From Eledone cirrhosa (lineage: Eukaryota): a stretch of 64,000 nucleotides of DNA. Shown here one piece after another: positions 40,646 through 55,675 of this stretch (position 1 is its first letter; each line of letters starts with the position of its first letter). Below the pieces are notes generated by a model, which saw nothing but the letters and a program-made list of their open reading frames with translations, was not told the DNA's origin and did not search any database. The stretch covers positions 14,260,001 to 14,324,000 of the forward strand of contig OZ024754.1 of the NCBI GenBank assembly GCA_964016885.1, written 5' to 3'. The position numbers and the translations under genes were made by a program.

Positions 40646-43600
40646 TTGAGAGTTGGCTGTTTGAACGCGCGTGGCCTGGGCTCAGCTTGGAAGCAAGCAA
40701 AGCTTCTAAGTGACCTCAGGTCACAAAGTATAGATGTGATGGTTGTTTGCGAGAGTCGGATCAGCAGCGTGAGACAGCTGGCGCCCGCCTTCGATGACTT
40801 TGAGATGCACGCATCTCTCTGTCAACCCGGAGGCGGGGGGGGGGGGGGGAGTTGCCGTACTGCTGGATAAACGTCTGACTCTCGACGTACAGATTGTTCA
40901 CTCGGACCCGGGGGGTCGATTACTGGTGCTGGACGTCGGAGGCGGTGAAGGCGGGGCTTTCAGACTGGTCGGTCTTTATGCTCCCTTCGGGGCGGAAAGA
41001 GCCGACTTCTTCCAACGTCTGGAGACTTTTCTAGGAACGTCGCGTTCCCTGCTTTTAGTGGGGGACTGGAATGGAATCCTAGATGCGCGTTGGGACTATG
41101 CAGGGGCATGTCCCGATAGAGGGGGGTGTAGCAGCCTCAAGGGGTTACTCGATCGATTCGACCTGGTCGATAGATTTCGACTAGATTGTCCAACTGCGCC
41201 AACCTGGACCTGGGCAAACCGCAGTGGACAATCTAGATCGTACCTAGATAGGTTTTTGGTTAGGAGTAAGGATAGGGACGTATTTAGTTGTCCAGAACTG
41301 ATCATGGTTGGCTATTCAGATCACAAATTAGTGACCTGCGTGGTCAACCTTGATAGAACGCATAGACAGGGTCCCGGTTACTGGAAGATGAACTTGTCCT
41401 TACCGACAAAGAAAGATTACAGAAACCGGATTAGTAGCTTAGTTAAGATGCGGTTGACGGGAGCGATCGTCAACAGTAGGTGGTGGATATCTCTAAAGAG
41501 AGAGATTAGAGTAAGTTCGATAGGTTACAGTAAGGAACTAGCGGCGAATAGAAATAGGAGGGAAAGGGAGTTAACAGATAAACTAGAAGAGGCGATTAGG
41601 AGCGGAGACGTAGCCAGAGTGTTAGCGACGAGAACGGCATTGAGCCAGTTCTTTGACGCGAAGCACGAAGGCTGCGTTGTCCGAAGTAAAATACGTGCTT
41701 TAGGAAACGAGGGGACCAAAGCTGTTAGCTGGGCCCGCGTGACAGAAGCCAAGAGTGGGATTAAATCCACCATTCGGTCTTTGCGAGACCAGGATGGACG
41801 GGTGATCCTTGAACCTGAGCGAATGTGCGAGACCTTTCAAAGGCACTTTGCTCGACTGTTCGGAGGTGGCGGGGGGCCGGACGGGGATGTGGACTTCGGT
41901 CCATACCTCGACGGTCTACCGCGTCTTTCGAGCGGCGAAGCGGAGTGCTGCGAAAGGCCAATCACAGCCACTGAAATCGGGGAAGCGCTCAGCCAATGCA
42001 GCAGACGCAAATCCCCGGGTCTCGATGGTCTACCATACGAACTTTATTTAGCTATGCCGGTCTTGTTCTCCGAACTCCTCGAGGCTGTCTATTGCAACTG
42101 GCAACAGAACGGGAGAATTCCCTGTTCTGTGACCAAGGGCGTGGTCACGCTAGTGAGGAAGGACGAGAGCAAGGGGGACGACTTAAGTAACTTTAGGCCC
42201 ATAACTCTGCTGAATGCAGAGTTACAGATTTTGGCCAAGGTGTTGGCGAAGAGGTTGGCGCTTGTGGTGGGTGGTTTGGTGGGAGACGCGCAGACATGCG
42301 CTATCCCGTCCAGGTCCATTCACGACAACCTCCACCTCATGCGATACATCATAGAGAGGGTTGGCTACGAACCCGGCTTTGGTGGGGCCCTGATCAACTT
42401 GGATCAATCTAAGGCGTTCGATAGGGTCGACCATGGTTACCTGGATGCGGTGCTAGCGGCGGCGGGCTTCGGACCCGTTTTCAGGGGCTGGATTTCTGCC
42501 ATGCACAGTGGCAACACCTACTCTAGGATTAAAGTAAACGGCTACCTCTCGGAGCCGTTTCAAATCACCCGATCCATCAGACAGGGGTGCCCCCTCTCCT
42601 CCCTTCTGTACGTATTGACTCTCGAGCCACTGCTGCGGAAGTTGGAGTTGCTGCGGGGCATACACCTGGAACCGGGATTGCACAAAGCGGTCTCGGCCTA
42701 TGCCGACGACGTAACAGTAATGGTGGCGGACGCCTCGGAAATCGGGGCGATCGCCACCCTACTGGAGGAATACGAAAGGCTGACGGGGGCTAAGCTGAAC
42801 CAGGACAAGTCAGTCGGTTTGCAACTCGGAACGTGGAGGGGCAAACCGATGCCGTTAGACGGTGTCGTCGGGCGGTGGACGGAGGGCCCGGTGAAGCTGC
42901 TCGGGGTCTGGTTCGGACCGGACCTCCAGGTGGAGAAGAATTGGGGCGAGGTGACGAGCAGGGTGTTTGCGCTGACCCAGAAGTGGGCCAAGTGCAAACT
43001 ATCACTGAAAGGTCGGGCGGAGGTGACGAACGCTTACATAGCGTCCGTCATCTACTACCGCCTGACCGTCGTGCCTTGCCCCAAGGAAAAGCTCACCATC
43101 ATGGAACGCATGCTCTTCCAGTTCCTCTGGAAGAAGCGGCCTCCCATGGTGAGGAGATCCATCTGCTGCCAGCACCCTTCGAAAGGAGGGCTGGGTATGC
43201 CGTGGCTGTTGATGCGTAGGCACGCATTGAGGCTACGGCATCTACAGGTATTCCTCAACGGTCAGCCGGTGTGGGCCCCGTTTGTGAGGCGAGCCTTCCC
43301 ACAGCTCGTCTCGCTCACCGAACTGCAATCCTGGGTGAAGCAAAGACCGAGAAAACTGGGCAACTGGCACACCGAGTGTGCCCAGGCACTCACGGCTATT
43401 TGGCAAGCGGACCCGACTGTCAGTGGAGAATCCACCTCGACATTCTATAGAGGGTTGGTGGCTAGCAGGGGCGACGACGCCCTTGGAGAGTCGCTAGGCA
43501 TGGAGGAGGACGAACTGGCCAGCCTGTTCGGTAGAACTTTCGGCCCGGGACCCATGGACAACTTCCAGAGGTCCCTAGCCTGGCAGTGTTACCGGGGGGC

Positions 43601-44081
43601 TCTGCCCGTTCGAGAAAAGCTCTACAGACACGGGCGCCCGGGCAGGGATCCCGCGAAAAAGATCTGTCCCAGATGCGTGCGCGACGAGGAAACCGTTGCG
43701 CATGCACTGGAACACTGCCCGGGCGTTGCCGATCTGTGGGGCTACGTCGAACGACTGCTGTCGCGTGTGGCGCCGATTCGATTAACCGCCGAGTCTGTGG
43801 TGAACATCAAGCCGCCTCCTCCTTTCAGAAATGAAGCAGAGGCGGTCTTTCTGTGCGTAATAGCCATGATGAAAGAGGTTGTGTGGTGGACGCGCCTGAA
43901 AGGTCTGAGGTCGGGTGACTTTCTCTCCGGCCATCACCTGGTTTACTTCTTCCGATACCACTTCGGAAGAAGAATCAGGATGGAGAGAGAAGTGCTTGGT
44001 CCCAGACAGTTTTATGAAAGGTGGGTGAAAGAAGCGAGAATGGCCCGTGTAAATGGGCCTTCTCTCTACATTGTTCTGTAG
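40646..44081 (+). CDS. ORF2: AP endonuclease, reverse transcriptase and C-terminal Cys/His motif; one frameshift in the poly-G near 40840
   Basis: LNARGL, GDWN, YLDRF, SDHK (APE); KSPGLDG, FRPITLLN, DQSKAFDRV, RQGCPLS, YADD (RT); CPRC..H..HC. Confidence 0.93.
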
Positions 44082-45149
44082 GTGAAGAAGTGAAGAGGAA
44101 AGGGGGAGCGCCTCCTCTCTGGGCTTCCCCCGCGAAAAGAGTTGCACACTTTTCGGGGGTATGTGCAATCCCCAACACGCCCCCTCCCTTTTGAGGACTT
44201 TTTATTGTTATATTATTATTGTTATTCCTTTTTTCTTTACTCGATTTATGTAAACTCCCCCACTGTGTAAATGTCCCCTTCTTTTGTGCCCTCGTGGCAA
44301 ATAAATAGAAATTTATCTATTAATCTATCTATCTCTCTCTCTATCTCCCCCTCCACTTTCATTTTTTCTTCCAAATTCACTGTTGACAGACATGCATTTA
44401 TAATTTTTTACTATGTACCATCTTTCAGATTATTTACCCCCACACACAGAGATACACACACACATACACGGGGGAGGGACACACACAATCGAGGACACAC
44501 ACACATACACACACACATACACGGGAGAGGGAGACTCACACACGAGAACACACACATACACACACACATACACGGGGGAGGGACACACACACACGGAGAC
44601 ACACATATACACGGAGACACACATGCACACACAATCACACACACATACACACACATATACGGGGGAGGGACACACACACACGGAGACACACATGCACACA
44701 CACACACACACACATACACGGGGACATACTTACATACACTTTACACACACACACGGAGACACATACACACGGTGACACACACACACACACTGTAACACAC
44801 TTACACATACACAAACACAGTTACACACACACGTACATACATACACACACACACGCGCGGTGATACACTAACACACACACACGCGGAGACATACTTACAC
44901 ACACGCGGAGACATACTTACACACACACACATATACAGACATATATACATATAAACACACACACACACACAGACACACACACACACACACAGACACACAC
45001 ACACACACACATATACAGACATATATACATATAAACACACACACACACACACACATACGTTCACAACTACAATGAAAAAAAAAATGAAAGATTCCGCCGA
45101 GTTTTGCAGGGTTACTGCTGAGACAGCTGAATATGTCTGACACAAAACT

Positions 45150-48100
45150 GACATGTAACCCTAGCGGCCTTGATATGAGGACATGTAACCCTCCTAGCGG
45201 CCTTGATATAATGAGGACATGTAACCCTAGCGGCCTAGATATAATGAGGACATGTAACCCTAGCGGCGTTGATATAATGAGGACATGTAACCCTAGCGGC
45301 CTAGATATAATGAGGACATGTAACCCTAGCGGCCTTGATGTAATGAGGACATGTAACCCTAGCGGCCTTGATATAATGAGGACATGTAACCCTCCTAGCG
45401 GCCTTGATATAATGAGGACATGTAACCCTAGCGGCCTTGATATAATGAGGACATGTAACCCTAGCGGCCTAGATATAATGAGGGCATGTAACCCTAGCGG
45501 CCTAGATATAATGAGGACATGTAACCCTAGCGGCCTTGATGTAATGAGGACATGTAACCCTAGCGGCCTTGATATAATGAGGACATGTAACCCTAGCGGC
45601 CTAGATATAATGAGGACATGTAACCCTAGCGGCCTAGATATAATGAGGACATGTAACCCTCCTAGCGGCTTTGATATAATGAGGACATGTAACCCTAGCG
45701 GCCTTGATATAATGAGGACATGTAACCCTAGCGGCCTAGATATAATGAGGACATGTAACCCTCCTAGCGGCCTTGATATAATGAGGACATGTAACCCTAG
45801 CGGCTTTGATATAATGAGGACATGTAACCCTCCTAGCGGCCTTGATATAATGAGGACATGTAACCCTAGCGGCCTAGATATAATGAGGACATGTAACCCT
45901 AGCGGCCTAGATATAATGAGGACATGTAACCCTCCTAGCGGCATTGATATAATGAGGACATGTAACCCTTCTAGCGGCCTAGATATAATGAGGACATGTA
46001 ACCCTAGCGGCTTTGATATAATGAGGACATGTAACCCTCCTAGCGGCCTTGATATAATGAGGACATGTAACCTTCCTAGCGGTCTTGATATAATGAGGAC
46101 ATGTAACCCTCCTAGCGGCCTAGATATAATGAGGATATGTAACCCTCCTAGCGGTCTTGATATAATGAGGACATGTAACCCTAGCGGCCTAGATATAATG
46201 AGGACATGTAACCCTAGCGGCCTTGATATAATGAGGACATGTAACCTTCCTAGCGGTATTGATATAATGAGGACATGTAACCCTCCTAGCGGCCTTGATA
46301 TAATGAGGACATGTAACCCTCCTAGCGGTCTTGATATAATGAGGACATGTAACCCTAGCGGCCTAGATATAATGAGGACATGTAACCCTCCTAGCGGCCT
46401 TGATATAATGAGGACATGTAACCCTCCTAGCGGCCTAGATATAATGAGGACATGTAACCCTCCTAGCGGTCTTGATATAATGAGGACATGTAACCCTAGC
46501 GGCCTAGATATAATGAGGACATGTAACCCTAGCGGTATTGATATAATGAGGACATGTAACCCTCCTAGCGGCCTTGATATAATGAGGACATGTAACCCTA
46601 GCGGCCTAGATATAATGAGGACATGTAACCCTAGCGGTCTTGATATAATGAGGACATGTAACCCTCCTAGCGGCCTAGATATAATGAGGACATGTAACCC
46701 TCCTAGCGGTCTTGATATAATGAGGACATGTAACCCTAGCGGCCTAGATATAATGAGGACATGTAACCCTAGCGGTCTTGATATAATGAGGACATGTAAC
46801 CCTAGCGGCCTTGATATAATGAGGACATGTAACCCTAGCGGTCTTGATATAATGAGGACATGTAACCCTAGCGGCCTTGATATAATGAGGACATGTAACC
46901 TTCCTAGTGGCCTTGATATAATGAGGACATGTAACCCTAGCGGTCTGATATAATGAGGACATGTAACCCTCCTAGCGGCCTTGATATAATGAGGACATGT
47001 AACCTTCCTAGCGGCCTTGATATAATGAGGACATGTAACCCTAGCGGCCTTGATGTAATGAGGACATGTAACCCTAGCGGCCTTGATATAATGAGGACAT
47101 GTAACCCTAGCGGCCTAGATATAATGAGGACATGTAACCCTAGCGGCCTTGATATAATGAGGACATGTAACCCTAGCGGCCTTGATGTAATGAGGACATG
47201 TAACCCTAGCGGCCTTGATATAATGAGGACATGTAACCCTAGCGGCCTAGATATAATGAGGACATGTAACCCTAGCGGCCTTGATATAATGAGGACATGT
47301 AACCCTCCTAGCGGCCTTGATATAATGAGGACATGTAACCCTAGCGGCCTTGATATAATGAGGACATGTAACCCTCCTAGCGGCCTTGATATAATGAGGA
47401 CATGTAACCTTCCTAGCGGCCTTGATATAATGAGGACATGTAACCCTAGCGGTCTGATATAATGAGGACATGTAACCCTCCTAGCGGCCTTGATATAATG
47501 AGGACATGTAACCCTCCTAGCGGCCTTGATATAATGAGGACATGTAACCCTAGCGGTCTGATATAATGAGGACATGTAACCCTCCTAGCGGCCTTGATAT
47601 AATGAGGACATGTGACCCTCCTAGCGGCCTTGATATAATGAGGACATGTAACCCTCCTAGCGGCCTTGATATAATGAGGACATGTAACCCTAGCGGCCTG
47701 ATATCATGAGGACATGTAACCCTCCTAGCGGCCTTGATATAATGAGGACATGTAACCCTCCTAGCGGCCTTGATATAATGAGGACATGTAACCCTCCTAG
47801 CGGGCTAGATATAATGAGGACATGTAACCCTAGCGGCATATATATATAATGAGGACATGTAACCCTAGCGGCTTAGATATAATGAGGACATGTAACCCTA
47901 GTGGCCTTGATATAATGAGGACATGTAACCCTCCTAGCGGCCTTGATATAATGAGGACATGTAACCCTCCTAGCGGCCTTGATATAATGAGGATATATAA
48001 CCCTAGCGGCCTTGATGTAATGAGGACATGTAACTCTCGTAGCGGCCTTGATATAATGAGGACATGTAACCCTCGTAGCGGCCTTGATATAATGAGGACA

Positions 48101-48180
48101 TGTAACTCTCCTAGCGGCCTTGATATAAGGGACATGTTGGCTATCCTAGCGGTTTTGACATAAGGGACATGTAACCTATC
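45150..48180. repeat. 33/36-bp satellite (GATATAATGAGGACATGTAACCCT[CCT]AGCGGCCTT), roughly 85-90 copies
   Basis: Direct inspection; 11-12-aa periodic ORFs. Confidence 0.95.
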
Positions 48181-48427
48181 CTTGACATAAAATCGACTTT
48201 CCCCTCTTCCCCGTAATTACTGGCTTTGTACCTAAACTAGAAACAATTAACCAATGGAGTGGTCTTTTCTTTATCAACCTGGAAAAGATGAACGGCAAGG
48301 TTGACTTCGGTGGGATTTGAACTCAGAGCACAATGAGTGGGAACAAAGGCCTTTAACCGGACACGCTGCTTGAGATTGTCTCCCTTTATTGCAACATACA
48401 AACTACAATTTTTGCTTGATACTAGAA

Positions 48428-48725
48428 TAGAGGTTCTCAAAATGGGTGCTACCCCCGCCCGTCCGGTGGGGCGTTGAGAAGGTCCTGAGGAGTGGTGGGG
48501 CCTAAGTGGGTGGCTGGTGCGGTACAGATGATACAATAGTATATTAATTATCAAATGATAGTATACATTATATTATTTATTATATATAAATTAACCATTT
48601 TATTTATTATATATTATTTATAATTTACATGTAGGCAGGTCTCTCTGGGAATAGGATGGAGGGGGGGGGGGGGGGGTATTACGAGGCCATGGGGGGGGGG
48701 GGTCCCAAAAGTTTGAGAACCTCTG
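48428..48725. mobile_element. hAT (Charlie-like) MITE
   Basis: Terminal inverted repeats TAGAGGTTCTCAAA and TTTGAGAACCTCTG; 8-bp flanks TACTAGAA and AACTAGAA. Confidence 0.8.
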
Positions 48726-48945
48726 AACTAGAATAACTGTTTCTACTTTTAGCACAAGGGCCAGCAATTATCCCAGTGCATTACTGGTATTTTATTTTAT
48801 CGACCCCGTAAAGGATTTGAACTCAGTCGACATGAAATAGAAACCGTAACGGACGTCAACCAAAGGAGGAAGAGCTTACAGGGGCCACCTTTCGCCACGT
48901 CTGAATAAATCTTTTGGCCAACGGGAATTCAGGTGTGAGCTAGCG

Positions 48946-48997
48946 TTAGGGTTAGGGTTAGGGTTAGGGTTAGGGTTAGGGTTAGGGTTAGGGTTAG
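48946..48997 (+). repeat. Interstitial (TTAGGG)n tract, about 8.5 copies
   Basis: Direct inspection. Confidence 0.95.
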
Positions 48998-49178
48998 GAA
49001 GGGCTGGCATAGAGAGCCTAGTGGGGGGACACATAAACAATTTGTCAGAAATCAAAGTAATAAAATGTCTCGTCATAAATATTGAAACATTCCAACGGTT
49101 ATTGTCCTTTCTCATGTGGAAGTTTTTTTACATCTCACAGCAATATAGACATTCCCATATCAATTAGAAATACACGGA

Positions 49179-49209
<31 letters not shown>

Positions 49210-49743
49210 GCATTTAAATGCGTATGTGTGTGTGCTTACATTTAAATGCGTATGTGTGTTTTGCAAACACATTTAATGTATATGTGTGTGAACCAGGTGG
49301 ACCAGAACGCACCAGAACGCACCAAAGTACTCAATACTTAGGGTAGTAGAGTGGGTAATAGGAACGAGTAGGACCCCGAATTAGCCGTCGAAACGGCTTG
49401 AGCTCAGCCGTCGGGGTCCTACTCGTTCCTATATATATATATATATATACATACGTGTCTATATATATATGTACATATATATCTAAGTCTAAAGTCTGTT
49501 TTAAGCCAGAAGACTCATTTGGTCGGTGCTTATCCTGGTTTCATGGCATGAAGCGATTGATAGTACAATACTTCCCTGGACATGACGCCAGTCTATCGCA
49601 CGGTTAAACTCCCAGCTATTGCTGGTACTCATTTTCAGCTGAGTATACTGGAGCAACGTGAAATGAAGTGTTTTGCTCAAGAACACAACACGCAACTCAG
49701 GAATCGAACCAAACGCCCTTACCAATAGGCCACGTGCCTCCAC

Positions 49744-49789
<46 letters not shown>

Positions 49790-49878
49790 AGAAGTTGTAT
49801 TTAATTTGTTGGAAGTCCGCCAAACATAAATATTTATAACTGATTTAGAGCACTCAAGAAGTTACCGGAGTAAATATT

Positions 49879-50104
49879 CCATGATATTAAATAAATGGAA
49901 ACTATATTTATAAAACCATATTTATTTTATTATATATATTTCAAGGGCAACCAAGACAATATTGGTGCGCGTTCATCAGATAAAAACAAACTTTGTATTT
50001 TATCTGATGAACGCGCACCAATATTGTCTTGGTTGCCCTTGAAATATATATAATAAAATAAATATGGTTTTATAAATATAGTTTCCATTTATTTAATATC
50101 ATGG
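49879..50104. mobile_element. Family B palindrome with complete hammerheads on both strands (49996-50060 on +, 49923-49985 on -)
   Basis: Arms of about 105 bp; CTGATGA..GAAA-TATATA-TA; stem I TATTTTAT/ATAAAATA. Confidence 0.85.
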
Positions 50105-50136
<32 letters not shown>

Positions 50137-50425
50137 AACGGAAAAAATGAAACGAAATTTCATTTCCCATTCTTAGTACGGCTGTTACTTAAATATAAGT
50201 ATGTACACGTACATACATATATGTATTCAGACGTACAGTAGTATGTATATATATATATACATACATGCACACATATATATATGTACGTATGGATTCACCG
50301 AACATTTATTATAATGCTCGGTGTGTTTGCAAACAAACATCCCGTATTAAGCCGCAGTGTCCAGCAACCATCGTTGCTCGCCTGTTCAACACTGACATAC
50401 ATATATGAATGTACGTGTACATACT

Positions 50426-50456
<31 letters not shown>

Positions 50457-50916
50457 AAACCACGTGTCTGTGCCGACCTTTAAAGTTACAATATACCCGC
50501 TTTGGCTAAGAACGAAAGACTTGCTGAAGAAGTAAATCCTATGTTCTGTCGTGAAAAACCATTATATTGCAGACTCCTGCAATAGGAATTTGTCGATCAT
50601 GGATTTGCAGAAACTTAGCGCTGATGTTGCATGCGATAATGCGACCTATATTGTGGATACACCATGTGGGTTATATATTTTACACTCAGCCTCAGCGTTA
50701 TGTCCAGGTCAGTAAAAAATCTTTTCCTGGGTCCTGTATTTTCGTTGCTCTGGTAATGCGGTCGGACTGCCGACTGCTATATCTGATTTGCTAAGTTGTC
50801 TGAACATAATGTTATTACTCTGGGGTCTTACCTCATCTGAGTGCTAAAGCTACAGACCGAATATGCATACACGCTAGCTTGGCCGTATACTAGAGCTTCG
50901 TCTATGCTGTACTAAA

Positions 50917-50985
<69 letters not shown>

Positions 50986-51162
50986 CGGAGAAAGCTAAAA
51001 GCGATACTCCGGCCAAATTCCAACTCACTCAACAACCATGAGGAAATACCTGAGTATATTCCCAATTAATCGTTTGGGGTGCTAACTATATTGTATTGTG
51101 TGGATAATTGGGTGTATTATTTCATATGAGATATATCAAATATATCATTTCCCAGACGACTC

Positions 51163-51195
<33 letters not shown>

Positions 51196-51198
<3 letters not shown>

Positions 51199-51801
51199 TG
51201 GCTGCCAACTCGTTTTCGAGTACGGCCACTACTTTATATCCATGTAGGAGAACCCCTACCGATGCGCTGAACGAGTGTGACTTTTTAGTCCAGCTAGTGA
51301 CTTGAAAACTCTGGTACAAACACTACACCTGTGACAATTATTGACACATAGTGATGGGCCCATGGTACCATGTGACAACAAGTGCAGAGAGATCTCCAGA
51401 TATAAAGCAATGCCTGGCCGTGAAGCTTTTATAGTGAGCAAAGGCACTGCACAAAGCCAGTCCCACTCTCTTAACCAAGATGATATTTACCAAAAAGAAG
51501 AACAAGTCAACATCATTGGATACTATCAGGGTTGCAGGTGTTATATCAGAGTTTTCCTTCTCTTAGAATTCTGCCTTGACAAAGGCTAAGGGGTCATCTC
51601 TCCCAGTGATTTTGGATGGCCATTGACTCTTAAGAGCTCCTTTGCCCTTTGACAGGTTTTGTTTTTAGTCCTGCAGGATGTCGAAAGTCACCGTCCTCAC
51701 CAAGAAACCTTGGTGGGGTTGCCAGTTTAGTCGCCAACGACCCGACCATGAGACAGGTTGTACTGGAATACATGTTACCAGTAGCACCAACTGGTGACCT
51801 G

Positions 51802-51803
<2 letters not shown>
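51196..51803 (-). mobile_element. Family E full-length copy (about 610 bp)
   Basis: Reverse complement of 26742-27345. Confidence 0.8.
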
Positions 51804-51845
<42 letters not shown>

Positions 51846-53140
51846 GTGTAATGGAACATCTGTTGCTGGGATAAAACCCATCTTCACCTCCATTACCAAT
51901 TTCTCCACCGTTGACAAGATTGAGTAGGTCACAGAATAACAGAAAATCTTCCTTTTTTCCTCAGATGTCAACTTGTCCACCCCACCTACCTGTCCCCTTC
52001 ATCTTCCTTCTCATCTTTTTCTTCCCTCCTCCTCCTCCTCCTCCTCCTCCTCCTCCTCCTCCTCCTCCTCCATCTCTCCACCCCCATCTGCTCCCACTCC
52101 CATTCTCTACTGCCTCCTGCTACTGCCTCTGTTCTCCCCTCGCTCCGACGTTCCTTCTTCTCTTCTTTTTCTCCTGCCACCACCCCTACTTCCCCTCTTG
52201 CACTCACCCTCCTCCTCCTGCTTCTCCCCCATCTTTCTTTTTCCTACACACATCAGTCTTCCCTTTCTTCCCACTCACCCCCTCTTTTCCAACTCACACC
52301 ACTTCTTTTTCTACTACATCCCCCTCCTCCTCCCGCAACTTCCACATTCCCCATGCTTCTCCCACTCTTCTCTTTCTCGTTCTCCTACTCTTCTCCCCTT
52401 CCTGTTCACACCACTCCACCCCCTCATACTTCCACTCATCAGCCCGTCTTCCTCCTACCCCCTCCTCTTCTAGCTCTCTTCACAATTTACCAATTTCATT
52501 ATTTTTCTCCTTCATTTAGTTAAAATAAATAGTACTTAACTTCTGACGGAGTCGTAGGGGCGCTGTCTTGACACATCGTGACTTGTTACGTGTCTTTGTC
52601 CTTTCTAACTCAGCGGAACCCATCCCTCGTCAGGTCTGAATACAGCTGATTTCTTCCAGACAAAGAAAGATTGGGTAAGTAGTGACTCCTAGTACAGGAC
52701 TGGTACAGGACTGGTACAGGACTGGTACAGGACTGGTACTTTATCTCTCGACCTTTAAAGGACGAAAGGCTGAAAGGCAAAGTTGACCCAGGGCGGGATT
52801 TGAACTCAAAGCATTGAGAACCGGAACATAACAAGTAATCTTTAATCCGGCGCCCTAACTTCCAATTCGTTGCCTTTTTATTTCGTTAAATGTCTTCAAT
52901 GTCTTTCAAATTTCATTTCATTGTTCAAGAAATGAAACAGAAGATAATGAAGCAAAACAACAAAACAAACAAAAACAAAACAATAACCAAAACAAACAAG
53001 TTTGCTGGAGAGGAAAGAAGAGTGTTTGTTTATTCTGATATTTGGTTCTATTATTATTTAGACTGGAAACGAAGTCTAATTACACACAAGAAGGATATTA
53101 AAGCTTCACTCTTGAGAAAGAAAGAAAGAAAGAAAGAAAA

Positions 53141-53171
<31 letters not shown>

Positions 53172-53225
53172 AAAGACCCTTTCAATCAAAATGACCAGAT
53201 GTCTTTCATAAAAAGTCATGTAAAT

Positions 53226-53356
<131 letters not shown>

Positions 53357-53364
53357 CATACATA

Positions 53365-53475
<111 letters not shown>

Positions 53476-53579
53476 GTATATATATATGTATATATATATA
53501 TAAATATATATATATTTCGTTTCTGAATTTGGCAACATGACCCTCCCAAAGTATAACAATATATATATATTTTATATAT

Positions 53580-53716
<137 letters not shown>

Positions 53717-53956
53717 CATACATATATATATGTGTATATATACATACATATATATATATATACATATATATATATATGTGTATATATATATATATGAATT
53801 TGAAAAAGTCCCGCGTGGCTAAACACATACGAATGAATAAAAAATATTGGCGAGGACAGCAAAATGGGCAGACAGCAGTCCCATCCCATCAGTCGACTGC
53901 TTGGAATACGGTGTTTCGGTACATTTAAAGATGTCTTGGCCCATATTTTTTTAATT

Positions 53957-54033
<77 letters not shown>

Positions 54034-54225
54034 TAAACAAATAATGAATAAACAATTCCTTATATTAAACAAAAAAAGTTCATTATTTAACGATCGTTTC
54101 TAGGATATATATGTGTTAGAGTTGGCATGCATATTCAACAGATCTATGTACAAAATTATACAAAATTATACAAACTATCAAGATTAAATATACATACCAA
54201 CACATATATACGCCGTCTTCAGAAA

Positions 54226-54285
<60 letters not shown>

Positions 54286-54900
54286 TATATATATATAACG
54301 AAGGAAATGTGGTAAGGAACCAGGTGGACTATAACGCACCAAAGTACTCAATACTTAGGGTAGTAGAGTGGGTAATATGAACGAGTAGGACCCCGACGGC
54401 TGAGCTCAAGCCGTTTCGACGGCTAATTCTGGACTCAGAATTAGCCGTCGAAACGGCTTGAGCTCAGCCGTCGGGGTCCTACTCATTCCTATATATATAT
54501 ATATATATATATAAAGAGTCAGGGCCCCGACGGCTGAGCTCCGGCCGTTTCGACAGCTAGATCCCAACTAGCTGTCGAAGCGGCTGGAACTCAGCCGTCG
54601 GGGTCCTGACTCATTTCCTATTACCCACTTTACTACCCTAAGTATCGAGTAGTTTGGTCCGTTATGGTCTACCTGGTTTCTTACCATACCTTCTTTGTTA
54701 TATATATATATATATATATATATAACGAAGGAAATGTGGTAAGGAACCAGGTGGACCATAACGCACCAAAGTACTCAATACTTAGGGTAGTAGAGTGGGT
54801 AATAGGAACAAGTAAGACCCCGACGGCTGAGCTCAAGCCGTTTCGACGGCTAATTAGCCGTCGAAACGGCTTGAGCTCAGCCGTCGGGGTCTTACTTGTT

Positions 54901-54974
<74 letters not shown>

Positions 54975-54975
<1 letters not shown>

Positions 54976-55675
54976 TGAGACACTCGTCCTCTCAAGGAAG
55001 GCTGCGCAGTGCACTCTACATGTAAATGGAGTTCCACTGAAGCAGGTAGAGAAGTTCAAGTATCTCGGGGCCGTGTTCATGAGTGATGGAAGGCAGGTAG
55101 CTGAATTAAGTGCAGGAATTGCAAAAACTGGTGCAGTAATGCGCCATCTTCAGCATTCAGTAATTAGAAGAAAGAGATAGGTGTAAAAGCTAAACTCGCT
55201 ATGTTCGGTTTTCATGTCAACCCTTACTTGTGATCATGAACCTTTGGTAAGGACCGAAAGAATACGATTGCGAATACAAGCAGCCGAAATGGGGTTCCTC
55301 CGAAGGGTCTTTGGGGGTAAGGTTACTCGATAAAGTGCGCAACTCGGAGATCAGAGAGTCATTCCAGGTAGAGCCACTACTTGCCCGAATTGAAGGATCA
55401 CAGCTCCGATACTATGGACAAGTGGTTAGAATGTCTCAGGAAAGAATCGCTGGACATAATATTTCACGAGCAAAACCAACCGGTAAGTGACCCAGAGCAA
55501 GCTGGTTGGATAACATCCATGAGCTTGGCTGGTCACGCTTGGAGATCCAGCCGGATCAGTTGGAGACTGTTGCAACTGACAGGAGTGTTTGAGGACTCTG
55601 CCCCCCCCCCCCCCCCCCCCACACACACACACCACCACCACCACGACCCTCTCAGGAATAAGTGGGCGAAAAAGA
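54975..55675 (+). pseudogene. RTE-clade LINE 3' fragment
   Basis: LKQVEKFKYLG and AAEMGFLRRV motifs; (GAA)n tail. Confidence 0.8.

Larger units (their letters stand above)
38609..44312 (+). mobile_element. Near full-length Tx1-clade (L1 group) non-LTR retrotransposon
   Basis: 5' UTR, ORF1 with zinc knuckle, ORF2 APE-RT-CCHC, AATAAA end, (TCTA)n on both flanks. Confidence 0.92.

Noticed and set aside
45133-46953. 606-aa MRTCNPSGLDI repeat protein
   Set aside because: Satellite with unit length divisible by 3, open on both strands and broken by 1-bp deletions further along.
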